NCBI GenBank assembly: GCA_963826115.1
Contig: CAWGVS010000011.1
Span: forward strand, 174,820 to 238,819
DNA from: an uncultured Candidatus Rokubacteria bacterium
GTDB lineage: Bacteria > Methylomirabilota > Methylomirabilia > Rokubacteriales > DASRDR01
DNA length: 64,000 nt
Direction: 5' to 3'
Shown here piece after piece: positions 19,931 through 31,410 of this stretch (positions are counted from its first letter, which is position 1; each line of letters opens with the position of its first letter). The notes under the pieces were generated by a model that did not search any database, was not told where the DNA came from, and saw only the letters and a list, made by a program, of their open reading frames with translations. The position numbers and the translations under genes are program-made.

Positions 19931-21919
19931 ATGACCGAGCTGACCGGCTGCCGCCCCATGGTTCCGGAGGATCTGCTCCGGATCCGGTTCGCCGGCGATC
20001 CTCAGTTCCATCCCGACGGACGGCGCATCGCCTTCGTCGTCACCACCATGTCCGAGGCGCGGGACGAGTACCTCTCCACCATCTGGGTCGTGAACGTGGA
20101 TGGCGGCGATCCGCGCCCCTTCACCCAGGGGCCGCGTCGCGACACCGCGCCTCGCTGGTCCCCCGACGGCCGACGGCTCGCCTTCGTCTCCGAGCGGGAG
20201 AAGAAGGGGAAGGGCCAGCTCCACGTGATGCCCGCGGATGGAGGGGAGGCCGTGCGGCTGACGGACCTCAAGCCCGGCGTGACGAGCCCGGTCTGGTCCC
20301 CGGACGGGCGCTGGATCGCCTTCGTCTCGCGGGTCGGCGGCTGGGAGGAGCCCACGGACGAAGAGGAGCGCGAGCGCTCCAGGCCGCCGCGGATCATCGA
20401 CGTCCTCAAGTACAGGTCGAACGGCGTCGGCTTCATCTACGACCGGCCGCAGCAGATCTTCGTGGTCTCCGCGGATGGCGGGCCGGCGCGGCAGCTCACC
20501 GGCGGGACCTTCGACAATCACCATCCGGCGTGGGCGCCCGACGGCCAGCGAGTCGCCTTCGTGTCCGCCCGCCACGCCGAGCGGGACGAGGATGGGGCCG
20601 CCGACGTCTTCACGGTGCCCGTCGGGGGCGGCGAAGCGCGCCGGCTGACGCGGACCGAGGGACCGGTGTCGTGGCCGGCCTTCTCGCCGGACGGCCGGAC
20701 GGTCGCCTACGTCGGGCATACGGATGCGCGCGGAGTCTCGCGTCACTCTCGCCTGTACGTGGTGCCCGCCGACGGGGGCGCGTCGGCGGGCCTGACCGCG
20801 GCGCTCGACCGGAACTGCGAGCCGATGATGGGCGCGGTGGGTCCCCAGTGGCTCGGAAGAACGGGTGCGCTCCTGTTCCAGGTGGAGGACGAGGGCGACG
20901 TGCCCCTCTACCGGATCGCGGTGGCGGGGGACGCCGCTCCTGAACGTCTCATCGGCGGGACCCGCCAGGTGACCGCCTTCTCCGCAACCGGAGACGGCGC
21001 CGTCATCGCCTTCACCGCCACGGACGACACGTCGCCCCCGGAGGTCTTCGTGTGCCGGGCCGACGGGACTGGCGAGCGCCAGCTGACGGATCTGAACCGG
21101 GACTGGAAGGCGGAGGTCGCGCGGGCGCGCCCGGAGCGCTTCCGGTTCGAGCGCGCAGGGTTCAGCGTCGACGGCTGGGTGATGCCGCCGTTCGGACGGG
21201 AGGCGGGCCGGCGCTACCCGCTGCTGCTCAACATCCACGGCGGGCCCGCGAGCCAGTACGGTCACCGGTTCTTCGACGAGTTCCAGGTGTATTCCGGCGC
21301 AGGCTACGCCGTCGTGTACCTGAACCCTCGGGGCAGCCGCGGGTACAGCGAGGCGTTCGCGCGCGCGGTCGTGGGGGACTGGGGCGGCGGCGACTATGCC
21401 GACCTGATGGCCGGGCTCGACGAGGCGCTCCGCCGGTTCGACTTCCTCGACGCCGGTCGGCTCGGGGTGATGGGCGGCAGTTACGGCGGGTTCATGACGA
21501 GCTGGATCGTCGGCCACACCGACCGCTTCCGGGCGGCCTGCTCCGAGCGCGCCGTCAACGCGATGTGGAGCATGTACGGGACCAGCGACATCGGCTTCTG
21601 GTTCCAGGAGGCCCATGCCGTGGGGCGGCCGCCGTGGGAGGACCTGCGCTGGTATCTCGAGCGCTCCCCGCTCTCCTACGCGAAGGACATTCGCACCCCG
21701 CTCCTGATCGTGCACTCCGAGAGCGATCTCCGTTGCCCGATGGAGCAGGCGGAGCAGCTCTACGTGGCGCTCAAGAAGCTCAAGCGGACGGTTCGCTTCG
21801 TGCGGTTCCCGGACGAGGACCACGAGCTCTCCCGCTCCGGCCGGCCGCGCCACCGGCTCGCCCGGTTCCGGATCCTGCTGGACTGGTTCGCCGAGCACCT
21901 GCCCCCGGGACCGTCCTGA
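19931..21919 (+). CDS. S9 family peptidase (acylaminoacyl/dipeptidyl peptidase) with PD40 beta-propeller
   Basis: Repeated WSPDG, IHGGP, GGSYGG nucleophile, D in SDLRC, H in EDHELSRSG. Confidence 0.95.
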   Translation: MTELTGCRPMVPEDLLRIRFAGDPQFHPDGRRIAFVVTTMSEARDEYLSTIWVVNVDGGDPRPFTQGPRRDTAPRWSPDGRRLAFVSEREKKGKGQLHVMPADGGEAVRLTDLKPGVTSPVWSPDGRWIAFVSRVGGWEEPTDEEERERSRPPRIIDVLKYRSNGVGFIYDRPQQIFVVSADGGPARQLTGGTFDNHHPAWAPDGQRVAFVSARHAERDEDGAADVFTVPVGGGEARRLTRTEGPVSWPAFSPDGRTVAYVGHTDARGVSRHSRLYVVPADGGASAGLTAALDRNCEPMMGAVGPQWLGRTGALLFQVEDEGDVPLYRIAVAGDAAPERLIGGTRQVTAFSATGDGAVIAFTATDDTSPPEVFVCRADGTGERQLTDLNRDWKAEVARARPERFRFERAGFSVDGWVMPPFGREAGRRYPLLLNIHGGPASQYGHRFFDEFQVYSGAGYAVVYLNPRGSRGYSEAFARAVVGDWGGGDYADLMAGLDEALRRFDFLDAGRLGVMGGSYGGFMTSWIVGHTDRFRAACSERAVNAMWSMYGTSDIGFWFQEAHAVGRPPWEDLRWYLERSPLSYAKDIRTPLLIVHSESDLRCPMEQAEQLYVALKKLKRTVRFVRFPDEDHELSRSGRPRHRLARFRILLDWFAEHLPPGPS

Positions 21920-21954
21920 GGACGCGCCTACCCACACGGGTCTGCTACACTCGC

Positions 21955-22224
21955 GTGGTGAGCAGGTCAAAGATCCCTACGGTGCGACTGAAGCGGCGCA
22001 AGGGTGGCTCACCGGCACAGGCTCGCTCGCGATCCGGTGGTGCCGCTACCGTTGCAACCAATGACTTCGGCGTCATCACCGTGTCGATGAGGACCAAGTC
22101 TGGTCTGGTCACCGTCATTCGAAGCAGTCGGACGGGTCGCTTCACCGCTGCGAAGTCTGCCAAGGTGATCGATAGGGGTGCGGAACGGTTCGCGAGCACC
22201 CTGAAGCGTCTCGCCACGAAGTAG
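21955..22224 (+). CDS. Small basic protein, putative antitoxin of a Doc/Fic toxin
   Basis: Extended -10 TGcTACACT at 21943-21951. C-terminus RFASTLKRLATK resembles Doc-antitoxin tails. Atypical codon usage. Confidence 0.5.
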   Translation: MVSRSKIPTVRLKRRKGGSPAQARSRSGGAATVATNDFGVITVSMRTKSGLVTVIRSSRTGRFTAAKSAKVIDRGAERFASTLKRLATK

Positions 22225-22239
22225 CCGGGCGACTGACTG

Positions 22240-22366
22240 AAGCACTACCGGGTGTCCTTCGTGACGTTCTCGATGCACATCAGCGTGCATTGGAGACCGG
22301 AGGGGCACCGGGCATTCTCAGCGCGGACGCCATTCAGCCCGCGATCGGACGACCGTATTCGGGCTC
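22240..22366 (+). pseudogene. Truncated Doc/Fic toxin N-terminus
   Basis: KHYRVS/LRDVLDAHQRALETGGAPGILSADAIQPAIGRPYSG resembles the Doc N-terminal pattern (H...GG..G.....SA..RP). The Fic catalytic motif is absent. Confidence 0.55.
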
Positions 22367-22373
22367 GAGAGTC

Positions 22374-23507
22374 TTGATCCGGCTCGTCCTGGTGGGCGGC
22401 GGTCACGCCCACCTCCACGTCCTGGCCGACCTCGCCGCCCGGCCGTTGCCCGGCGTCGACGCGACGCTCGTCTCGCCGTCGGCCTGGCACCACTACTCGG
22501 GGATGGTGCCGGGCTTCCTCCAGGGCGGGTACACCGAGGCGGATCTGGCGATCGACCTCGCCGCGCTCGCGGCCCGCGCCGGGGCGCGGTTCCTCGAGGC
22601 CACGGCCGAGCGAATCGACGTCGGCGGACGCACCGTGGATACGGGCGAGACCAGGCTCCCCTTCGACATCCTGTCGCTCGACGTGGGCGCGGCTCCGGCC
22701 GGCCTCGACGTCCCGGGCGTTCGGGAGCATGCGGTGAGAGTCCGGCCCATGCGCCAGGCGGCCGCGCTCCGGGCGCGGATCGACGCGCTGGCGACTCGCG
22801 CGCGCCGCGGCCCCGTGCGCGTCACGGTCGTGGGCGCCGGCGCCGGGGGGGTCGAGGTCGCGCTCGCTCTGCACCGGCGTATCCGGGCGGCTGGCCCACG
22901 CCCGGAGGTGTCGCTGATCGAGGGCGCTTCCGACGTGCTCCCCGACTACGCGACACCGGTGCGCCGCCGCGCCGCGGCGATCCTCGCCCGGCGCGGCATC
23001 GCGGTCACGCTGGGCAGCGCGGTGAGCCGGGTGGACGCGGGCGCCGTCCAGCTCGCGAACGGGACGCGCGCGGCCACGGACCTCGTGGTCTGGCTCACCG
23101 GCGCGGCCAGCCCGGCCGTGCTCGCGGATGCGGGACTCCCGCTCGACGCTCGAGGTTTCCTGCTCGTCGACTCGACGCTTCGGGCTGTGAGTGGCGCGCC
23201 CGTCTGGGGTGCGGGCGACTGCGCGACGCTGGCGGATTACCCCGAGACCCCGAAGGCGGGCGTCTACGCCGTCCGCCAGGGGCCGTTCCTGGCGCGTAAC
23301 CTGCGCGCGGCCCTCGCCGGCGGGAGACCCGCGGCGTACGTCCCGCAGCGGACCTTCCTGTCGCTCGTCAACACCGCCGACGGCAAGGCCCTCCTCCGCT
23401 GGCGCGGGCTCGTCAGCCACTCGCGCTTCGCGTGGTGGCTCAAGGACCGCATCGACCGGCGCTTCGTCCGGCGCTATCGTGTGCGGGCGCAACTCCCTCT
23501 TGCGTGA
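22374..23507 (+). CDS. FAD-dependent pyridine nucleotide-disulfide oxidoreductase, stand-alone 'N-terminal to SelD' type
   Basis: LVLVGGGHAH, YSGMVPG, GAGAGGVE, GAGDCA, PKAGVYAVRQG, WWLKDRIDRRFV. Confidence 0.85.
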   Translation: MIRLVLVGGGHAHLHVLADLAARPLPGVDATLVSPSAWHHYSGMVPGFLQGGYTEADLAIDLAALAARAGARFLEATAERIDVGGRTVDTGETRLPFDILSLDVGAAPAGLDVPGVREHAVRVRPMRQAAALRARIDALATRARRGPVRVTVVGAGAGGVEVALALHRRIRAAGPRPEVSLIEGASDVLPDYATPVRRRAAAILARRGIAVTLGSAVSRVDAGAVQLANGTRAATDLVVWLTGAASPAVLADAGLPLDARGFLLVDSTLRAVSGAPVWGAGDCATLADYPETPKAGVYAVRQGPFLARNLRAALAGGRPAAYVPQRTFLSLVNTADGKALLRWRGLVSHSRFAWWLKDRIDRRFVRRYRVRAQLPLA

Positions 23508-23575
23508 TCGGAGAGGGCGGCCTACGGTGGTCCACGGATTCCGAGCGCCTCGGGCGGGAGGGAGGACGGCGGGCC

Positions 23576-23808
23576 ATGGGACGTCGAGCCCTGTCTGGTC
23601 CGGCGCGGTGCTGGTCGGGCTCATCGTTCAGCAGAGCGCGGTCCGGTGGTTCGGTCCCGACGCCAACCGCTGGCTCGGCGCGGCCCTTCTCGCTGCGCTC
23701 CTTCTGTCCGTGCCGGCGATGCTCCTGGGAAGCCGTGTCGAGGGGATGAGCCGGTGGCGCCGGTGGCGCGAGGCGCGTCGGCGCGCCTTGAAGCACCACC
23801 GCAGCTGA
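23576..23808 (+). CDS. Small membrane protein (probable 1-bp frameshift near 23594)
   Basis: GGAGG and ATG give MGRRAL; the second frame continues VWSGAVLVGLIV...WLGAALLAALLLSVPAMLL. Confidence 0.4.
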
Positions 23809-23891
23809 TCTAGCTCGCCACGTCCTCCGGCGCGACCGCGAGGCTGTGCGCTCCGGCGAACCAGGGAGCGATGGAGCGTCGGCGAATCAGG

Positions 23892-24602
23892 TCAGCCTCT
23901 CCCGCCCGGTGCGCCGCCGGCCGGCACTCCGTAGTACCAGCGGTGCAAGCGGTCCGGCCCGACCCCGCAGAAGTGGAGGACGCGCAGCGTCCACATGAGG
24001 ACGACCGTCCGCGCGACTCCGTGCTGCTCCCATCGCCGGGCTGAGGTCGTGACTCGGAGCCCCAGCGGAGCGAAGCCGCCGATGCGCTTCAGGCGACGCG
24101 TCAGCTCGACGTCCTCCATGAGCGCGATGTCCGGGTAGCCGGCCAGGCGTTCGAACGCCGCGCGGCGGACGAAGACCGCCTGGTCTCCCGTGCAGATGCC
24201 CGTCAGGCGCGAGCGGAGGTTCATGAGCCAGGCGATCAGGCGGAACGCCGGCCCGGGTCTGTCGAAGCGGACGTCGAAGCGGCCGTAGACGACCGAGGGG
24301 TCGACGAGGGCGCGCCGGACGGCCTCGACCGCCCCGGGCGGCAAGCGCGTGTCGGCGTGGAGGAAGAGGAGGATCTCGCCGGTGGCCGCGGCGGCGCCCG
24401 CGTTCATCTGGCGCGCCCGGCCACGGTCGCTCGACACGAGACCGACGCCCCGGGCCTGCCCGGCGATCTCCACGCTTCCGTCCCGGCTTCCGCCGTCCGC
24501 GACGACCACCTCGACACCGGCGCAGTCGCGGGCGAGCTCCGCCAGCAGGGCCTCGAGGCGGCTGGCCTCGTCGAGAACGGGAATGACGATCGAGAGTTTC
24601 AC
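23892..24602 (-). CDS. GT2 glycosyltransferase, TIGR04283-like (rSAM/arsenosugar-associated)
   Basis: LSIVIPVLDE, DGGSRD, GRARQMNAGA, FLHADT, TGDQ, LMED, TSARRW. Confidence 0.9.
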   Translation of the reverse strand: MKLSIVIPVLDEASRLEALLAELARDCAGVEVVVADGGSRDGSVEIAGQARGVGLVSSDRGRARQMNAGAAAATGEILLFLHADTRLPPGAVEAVRRALVDPSVVYGRFDVRFDRPGPAFRLIAWLMNLRSRLTGICTGDQAVFVRRAAFERLAGYPDIALMEDVELTRRLKRIGGFAPLGLRVTTSARRWEQHGVARTVVLMWTLRVLHFCGVGPDRLHRWYYGVPAGGAPGGRG

Positions 24603-24614
24603 GGCGCGGCCGGC

Positions 24615-25322
24615 TCAGCGGTCCGGGGCGAGGAGCTCCCTGGCCGCCAGGCTCCTTCGCGTGAGCCACTGGGGCACGAGCGACACGAGGACGATCAGGG
24701 CGGCTGCGGCGGCGAGGGTCCACGCGATCCCGGCGGGACTGCTCCCGCCGGAGAGCGCGCCGCCCGCCAGGGTGAACGCGATGGTGCCCGGCAGCATGAA
24801 CACGGCCGACACCCCGACGTACGTCCAGAAGGGGATGCGCGTCAGGCCGTACGCGAAGTTCTGGAGGTTGAACGGGAAGAGCGGGACGAGGCGCGTGACC
24901 ATCAGGATGCGCCAGCCGTGGCGCTCGACGGCGGCGTCGATCCGCGCCACGCGGGGACGGCGAGCCCGCCAGCGCTCGACCGTGTCCCGCGCGAGATGCC
25001 GGGCGATCAGGAACGCGAGCGCGGCCGCGAGGGTGGCCGCGATCCACGTGTACACCGTGCCCCAGACCGGGCCGAACACGAGGCCGCCCAGGAGCGTCAG
25101 GGGAAGGGCGGGGACGAAGAGGAGCTCGGCCACCACGTAGCCTCCCACGTAGAGGAGGGGCCCCCAGGCCCCGTAGGCCTCGATCGCCGTCCTCACCCGC
25201 GCAAGCCGCTCCGGCCGCACCCAGTCGTAGACCCCGAGGGCCCACGCGAGGATGCTCGCCGCCAGCAGGCCGAGCGCGAGGATCGCGAGCCTCGCGGAGC
25301 CCCCGGTGGGCGCCTTCCTCAC
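24615..25322 (-). CDS. TVP38/TMEM64 (VTT/DedA-like) membrane protein
   Basis: LTLLGGLVFGPVWG, TRLVPLFPFNLQNFAYGLT; GTG overlaps the upstream stop. Confidence 0.9.
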   Translation of the reverse strand: MRKAPTGGSARLAILALGLLAASILAWALGVYDWVRPERLARVRTAIEAYGAWGPLLYVGGYVVAELLFVPALPLTLLGGLVFGPVWGTVYTWIAATLAAALAFLIARHLARDTVERWRARRPRVARIDAAVERHGWRILMVTRLVPLFPFNLQNFAYGLTRIPFWTYVGVSAVFMLPGTIAFTLAGGALSGGSSPAGIAWTLAAAAALIVLVSLVPQWLTRRSLAARELLAPDR

Positions 25323-26841
25323 CGCGTCCACCTGAGCCACGCTCCGAGCGCCGCGCGCACGAAGGGCGTCAACCGCGTCCGCTGGTACTGATCGGCGACG
25401 TGGCGGACGGCCTCGGCCTGCGTCGGGTAGGGGTGGATCACGCCCGCGAGCCGGCCGAGCCCCACGCCGGCGACGATGGCCAGCGTCACCTCGCTGATCA
25501 TCTCGCCGGCCCGCCGGGCGACGATGGTCGCGCCGACGATCCGGTCGGTGCCGCGCCGCACGTGCACCTTGACGAAGCCCTCCGTCTCGCCATCCGTGCG
25601 CGCGCGGTCCACGTCCTCGAGGCGGCGCACCAGCGTGTCGATCGCGAGACCGCGCTCGCCCGCCTCCCGCTCGTTGAGCCCGACGCGCGCCACTTCCGGG
25701 TCCGTGTACGTGCACCACGGCATGACGAGCCGGCTCACCCGGCGGCGGCCGGCGAGGCCGAAGAGCGCGTTCTGGACTACGATCCGCGCGGCGGCGTCGG
25801 CGGCGTGAGTGAACTTCCAGCCGAGGCACACATCGCCGGCGGCATAGATGCGGTGGTTGGTCGTCTGCAGGTGGTCGTCCACGACGACCCCCTCCTTCGT
25901 GTGGCGCACACCTGCCGTCTCCAGGCCGAGCCCCTCGACGTTCGGCACGCGGCCGGCCGCGACGAGAATCTCGTCGGCCGCCACGGTCTCCTCTCGTCCA
26001 TTCTCCCGGTAGCGGAGGATCTTCTTCTTTTCCTCGCGTGCGACGCCGGTGACCTCGACGCCGAGGACCAGGCGCACTCCGTCGCGGAGGAGCGCCTCAC
26101 GCACGATCTCGGCCGCATCCCGATCCTCGCGCGGCAGGAGTTGCGGCGCGTCGCTCAGGAGGGTCACCGCGGCGCCCAGACGGCGGAGCGCCTGGGCCAG
26201 CTCGCACCCGATCGGCCCGCCGCCCACCACGGCGAGGTGACCGGGCTGCTCGGTCAGCTCGAAGACCGTCTCGCTCGTGAGGAATCCCGTCTCGGCGAGG
26301 CCGGGGATCGGCGGGTGCCCGGGCCGCGCTCCGGTGGCGACGACGGCCCGCGCGAAGCGGAGGGTCCGGCCGCCGACCGCCAGCGCGTCGGGTCCGGTGA
26401 ACGCGGCGTCGCCGAGGAAGACGTCGACGCCGAGCTCCCGGGCGAAGCGCCAGGCGGAGTCATGCGGGCTGATCTCCGCGCGGATCCGCCTCATCCGCGC
26501 CATGACGGCCCCGAAGTCGACCGCCGCTCCGCCGGGAACCTCCACGCCGAACCTCGCGGCCTCGCGGAGCTCGCCGATGACCCGCGAGGACCGGATGACG
26601 GCCTTCGAGGGAACGCAGCCCGTGACCAGGCAATCGCCCCCCATGAAGTGCCGCTCGACCAGGGCGACCCGGGCGCCGAGGCCCGCGGCGCCCGCAGCAG
26701 TCACGAGCCCCGCGGTCCCGGCGCCGACCACCACGACGTTGTACCGCCGGGCGGGCACCGGGTTCTGCCAGCCGGGCGGGTGGACGTTCTGGATGAGGGT
26801 CCGGTTGTGGACGTCGTCCGGGAGCAGTCTGGGCGGCTGAT

Positions 26842-26845
<4 letters not shown>
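25319..26845 (-). CDS. Mercuric-reductase-like / dihydrolipoamide-dehydrogenase-family flavoprotein disulfide reductase
   Basis: GAGTAG, GGDCLVTGCVPSK, GGGPIGCE, AGDV, HPYPTQAE; no C-terminal Cys-Cys. Confidence 0.88.
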
Positions 26846-27957
<1,112 letters not shown>

Positions 27958-27958
<1 letters not shown>

Positions 27959-28293
27959 TATGCCATCCCCGCGTGCCGCGCGTGCTCGAGCATCTGGACG
28001 CCGTGGACCAGCGAGGCGCCACCCCGGATGGCCGCGGCCACGTGGACCGCCTCCGTCATCTGCTCGAGATCGGAGCCCTTCTCGAGGCACGTCTTCGTGT
28101 ACGCGTCGATGCAGTAGGGGCACTGGACGGCGTGGGCCACGCCGAGCGCGATCAGCGCCTTCTCGCGCTCGCTGAGGGCGCCCTCGGCGAAGACCGCGTT
28201 GTACCAGGCGAAGAATTTCTCCGCGAGGTCCGGGTTCCCCTCAGCGATGGTTCCGAACTTCCCGAGGTGCTCGGGCGCGTAATAGCTTCCCAT
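27958..28293 (-). CDS. Arsenosugar-associated peroxidase-like carboxymuconolactone decarboxylase family protein
   Basis: FAEGALSEREKALIAL, QCPYCIDAY, IRGGASLVHGVQM. Confidence 0.88.
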
Positions 28294-28393
28294 CGACGAT
28301 CTCCTTGTGGTCCCGGCGCCCCCCCGTCCATCAGGGCACTCCCGGGCGTCGAGATTCCGTTTCATGCGACGGCGCGCCGGTGGATCCGCCGCG

Positions 28394-29908
28394 TCAGGAT
28401 TCTCCGTTCGCCGCGGCCGGTGGTCGCCAGGCAGGCGGCGCGAGCCGCCGCCGCCCGTCCTTCGCGAGCCTCACGTCCGGATCATCCGGATCGAGATCGC
28501 GGTCCCAGAGCTTGCAGGTCACCTGCTTGTGCCGCTGGTCCAGGCCCTCGCAGTAGTTCGTGAACTCACAGCGTCGGACGAGGTGCCCGTAGCCCAGGCG
28601 GATCTTCCGGAACCAGTCCGGATCGGCGAGAGTCTGGCGGGCGGCCGCCACGACGTCCGCCTCCCCGCGGGCCAGGATGCCCTCCGCCTGGTCGAAGGTG
28701 GACACGCCGCCGCTCGTGATCACCGGGACCTGGTGCCCCGCCGCCCGGAGGCCCGCTCGGATGGCGGCCGCCAGCGGCACGTTGCGGCCGAACGGGCCTC
28801 GCGCGTCCGACATCACGGTGGGCATGCATTCATGGCCCGATTCTCCGGTATAGGGGTAGACCGCCTCGCCGACCTTGGGCTGCCGGGCGTCCTCGAATCG
28901 GCCGCCCTTGGACACCGAGAGGTAATCCGCGCGGCCCTCGGCGAAGCGCAGCCCGAACCAGATCGCGTCGTCGACGTCATTGCCGCCCGCCACGACGTCG
29001 TGGCCGAGGTAGCGGACGCCGACGACGTAATCGGCGCCGACCTCGTTCCGGACCGTGTGGAGCACCTCCAGCGGGAGCCGCGCCCGCTCCGGGCGAGCCC
29101 CACCGTAGCCGTCGGTCCGCCGGTTCAGCCGGGAGAGGAACGAGGCCATCGTGTACGCGTGAGCGTAGTGAAGCTCGACGCCATCGAAGCCCGCCTCCCG
29201 CGCCCGCCGCGAGGCGTCGGCGAAGAGGTCTGGCAGGACCCGCGGCAGGTCGCGAATGTGGGGCAGGTGGAGGTCGTCCACCCGCTCACGATAGCCATAG
29301 TCGAGCGACTCCCGCTCGCGCGCGCTGAGGACGGCCTCGACGAGGGAGCGTCCGGCGTCCGCCAGACGGGCCCGCACCTCGGCGTCCGGTGCCGCGGCGA
29401 CGTCATGCCACCGCGGGTCGTCGAGGGCCTCGGCCAGGCGGCGCCGAAGGTCGGCTCCGATCTCGAGATAGCGGGCGAAGAACTGGGCGGGCTCCGGTCG
29501 CCGCCGGACCGCGACGAAGTCGATGACCTGGATGAAGAGACGAGTCCGCCCCTCGCTCCGCTCACGCACCGTCTCGACGAGGCGGCGGAGCCCGGGGACG
29601 AAGCGGTCACTGCCGATGCGGAGGAGCGGGCCGCTCGGCACGTCGCGGATGCCGGTTGCCTCCACGACCAGCACGCCGGGCTGGCCCGCGGCGAAGCGGC
29701 CGTACCACTCGAGCACGTCGGGGGTGACGTCGCCGTCCTCGGTCGCCCGCCAGGGAACCATCGCCGGCACCCACGTGCGGTCGGCAGCCAGGCAGTGGGG
29801 GCCGAGCCGGACGGGGGAGAACCAGCGGGCCTGTTCGGCCTCCTCGCGCGTCGGCCAGCGCGCCGGAGGGAGCGCGTGTCGGACCCGGGGCGGCGTCGCG
29901 ACGGCCAC
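28394..29908 (-). CDS. NADH:flavin oxidoreductase (Old Yellow Enzyme family), possibly dienoyl-CoA oxidase-like
   Basis: WVPAMVPWRAT, VEATGIRD, GFDGVELHYAHAY, RTDGYGG, C-terminal Cys cluster RRCEFTNYCEGLDQRHKQVTC. Confidence 0.8.
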   Translation of the reverse strand: MAVATPPRVRHALPPARWPTREEAEQARWFSPVRLGPHCLAADRTWVPAMVPWRATEDGDVTPDVLEWYGRFAAGQPGVLVVEATGIRDVPSGPLLRIGSDRFVPGLRRLVETVRERSEGRTRLFIQVIDFVAVRRRPEPAQFFARYLEIGADLRRRLAEALDDPRWHDVAAAPDAEVRARLADAGRSLVEAVLSARERESLDYGYRERVDDLHLPHIRDLPRVLPDLFADASRRAREAGFDGVELHYAHAYTMASFLSRLNRRTDGYGGARPERARLPLEVLHTVRNEVGADYVVGVRYLGHDVVAGGNDVDDAIWFGLRFAEGRADYLSVSKGGRFEDARQPKVGEAVYPYTGESGHECMPTVMSDARGPFGRNVPLAAAIRAGLRAAGHQVPVITSGGVSTFDQAEGILARGEADVVAAARQTLADPDWFRKIRLGYGHLVRRCEFTNYCEGLDQRHKQVTCKLWDRDLDPDDPDVRLAKDGRRRLAPPAWRPPAAANGES

Positions 29909-30029
29909 CTGGCCAGCTTACCGCGGCGCCGCGCCGCTGGCAGCCACCCGGCCGCGGCCGCCGCGGATCTTGCGGGTGCCCGTTGGTTGAACCGCAACGG
30001 CCCGGGTGCTACGGTGCGATATTGTGCGC

Positions 30030-31358
30030 GTGAAATCGGCCCAGGCACGAGAGAGCCGGGGTCGCGACCGGTCGCGACCCCGGCTCGATACAACGGTTGT
30101 GGTCGCGACGGTCCTGGTGATCGGCCTGAGCGGCGGTTGCGGGCTCGGCGGGCGCGGTGCGAAGCCGGCAGGCGAGACGAAGGCGCCGCCGGCCGACTCT
30201 CCCGCTGCGCTGCGACAGGAGGTGGACCACCTCCGCGGCGATGTCGCCGAGCTCCGGACGCGCGTGGAGGCGTCGCAACGCACCGGCACGGAGCACGCGG
30301 ACCGGGTCGCGCAGGAGACCCGAGCGGAGTTCGATGCCGTCCAGAAGGCGATGGAGGCGTCGTCCCGCCACGACCTCCAGCGCCAGGTCGAGGTGCTCGA
30401 CGCCCAGGCCCGGCGCATCGATCTTCTGGAGAGGCGAGCGGCCGAGCTGAGCCAGACGCTGCGCCGGGTCGAGCTGAGTCTCGCCGGGATCGAGAGCCAG
30501 CTCGCCCGGGTGCTCGACTCTGCATCGTCAGCCACGTCCGGGGCCCGAGGCGGCTCACCCACACGGTCACCGGCCGCGTCGCCGGCACCTCGTCCCGCCG
30601 AGGAGTCGGTACCGCCGGCCTCGGCGCCGGACAGCGCCGCGGCAGGCGCCGGGCTGACACCGCCGGCGATGCTGGGGACTTCGCGCAACGCCAGAACCGC
30701 GGCGCCGACCCCGCCGGCAGCCGCTCCGCCGCGCGAGACGAAGATCGACGCTGGGGAGAGCGCCCGCGTGACCGACGCGCCGCCGGCCGCGAAGAAGACG
30801 GAAGCGCCGCGCGCCTCCGCGACTCGCCCGGCCCCCGACGCGGCGCGGGTGGCGAAGACGGCCCCATCTTCCGTCGAACCGAAGGCCGTCGAACCGAAAG
30901 CGGCGGCCCCGGAGCGTCCGGCGGGAGCGACGCCACAGCGCCCCGCCAAGGCCAGACCGGCGGCGACCCTCCCCGCGGCGGGCTCGCTCACCGCCCGCGC
31001 CCTCTTCGACCGTGCCATGGAGAACTGGAACAAGGGCGAGCAGGGGCAGGCCGCCCTGGAGTTCGAGGAGCTCGTCCAGACGTTCCCGACGGACCCGCTC
31101 GCCGCGTCGGCGCAGTTCCGGATCGGCGAGGCGTACTACGCCGCGCGCGACTTCGAGCGCGCTTCGCTCGAGTACAAGAAGGCCGTCGCCCTCGATCCGA
31201 AGGGGAAGGACACGCCCCAGGCCCTGCTCCGCCTCGGCCTCGCGTATCGCGCTCAGAAGCGAGAATCCGACGCGCGGCAGGCCTGGAGCCAGCTCGTCCG
31301 TGACTTTCCGGAGAGCGACGCTGCCGAGGAAGCGCGCCGGGCGCTGCGCGGGCGCTGA
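30030..31358 (+). CDS. CpoB/YbgF-like lipoprotein: coiled coil, long Pro/Ala linker, C-terminal TPR
   Basis: Lipobox-like LSGGC, coiled coil, TPR (FPTDPLAASAQFRIGEAYY, KDTPQALLRLG, FPESDAA). Confidence 0.72.
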   Translation: MKSAQARESRGRDRSRPRLDTTVVVATVLVIGLSGGCGLGGRGAKPAGETKAPPADSPAALRQEVDHLRGDVAELRTRVEASQRTGTEHADRVAQETRAEFDAVQKAMEASSRHDLQRQVEVLDAQARRIDLLERRAAELSQTLRRVELSLAGIESQLARVLDSASSATSGARGGSPTRSPAASPAPRPAEESVPPASAPDSAAAGAGLTPPAMLGTSRNARTAAPTPPAAAPPRETKIDAGESARVTDAPPAAKKTEAPRASATRPAPDAARVAKTAPSSVEPKAVEPKAAAPERPAGATPQRPAKARPAATLPAAGSLTARALFDRAMENWNKGEQGQAALEFEELVQTFPTDPLAASAQFRIGEAYYAARDFERASLEYKKAVALDPKGKDTPQALLRLGLAYRAQKRESDARQAWSQLVRDFPESDAAEEARRALRGR

Positions 31359-31410
31359 CCGGCGCGCGCGGACCCGTTCCTCCGACACCATCAGAGGACG
31401 CGCCGAGGCC

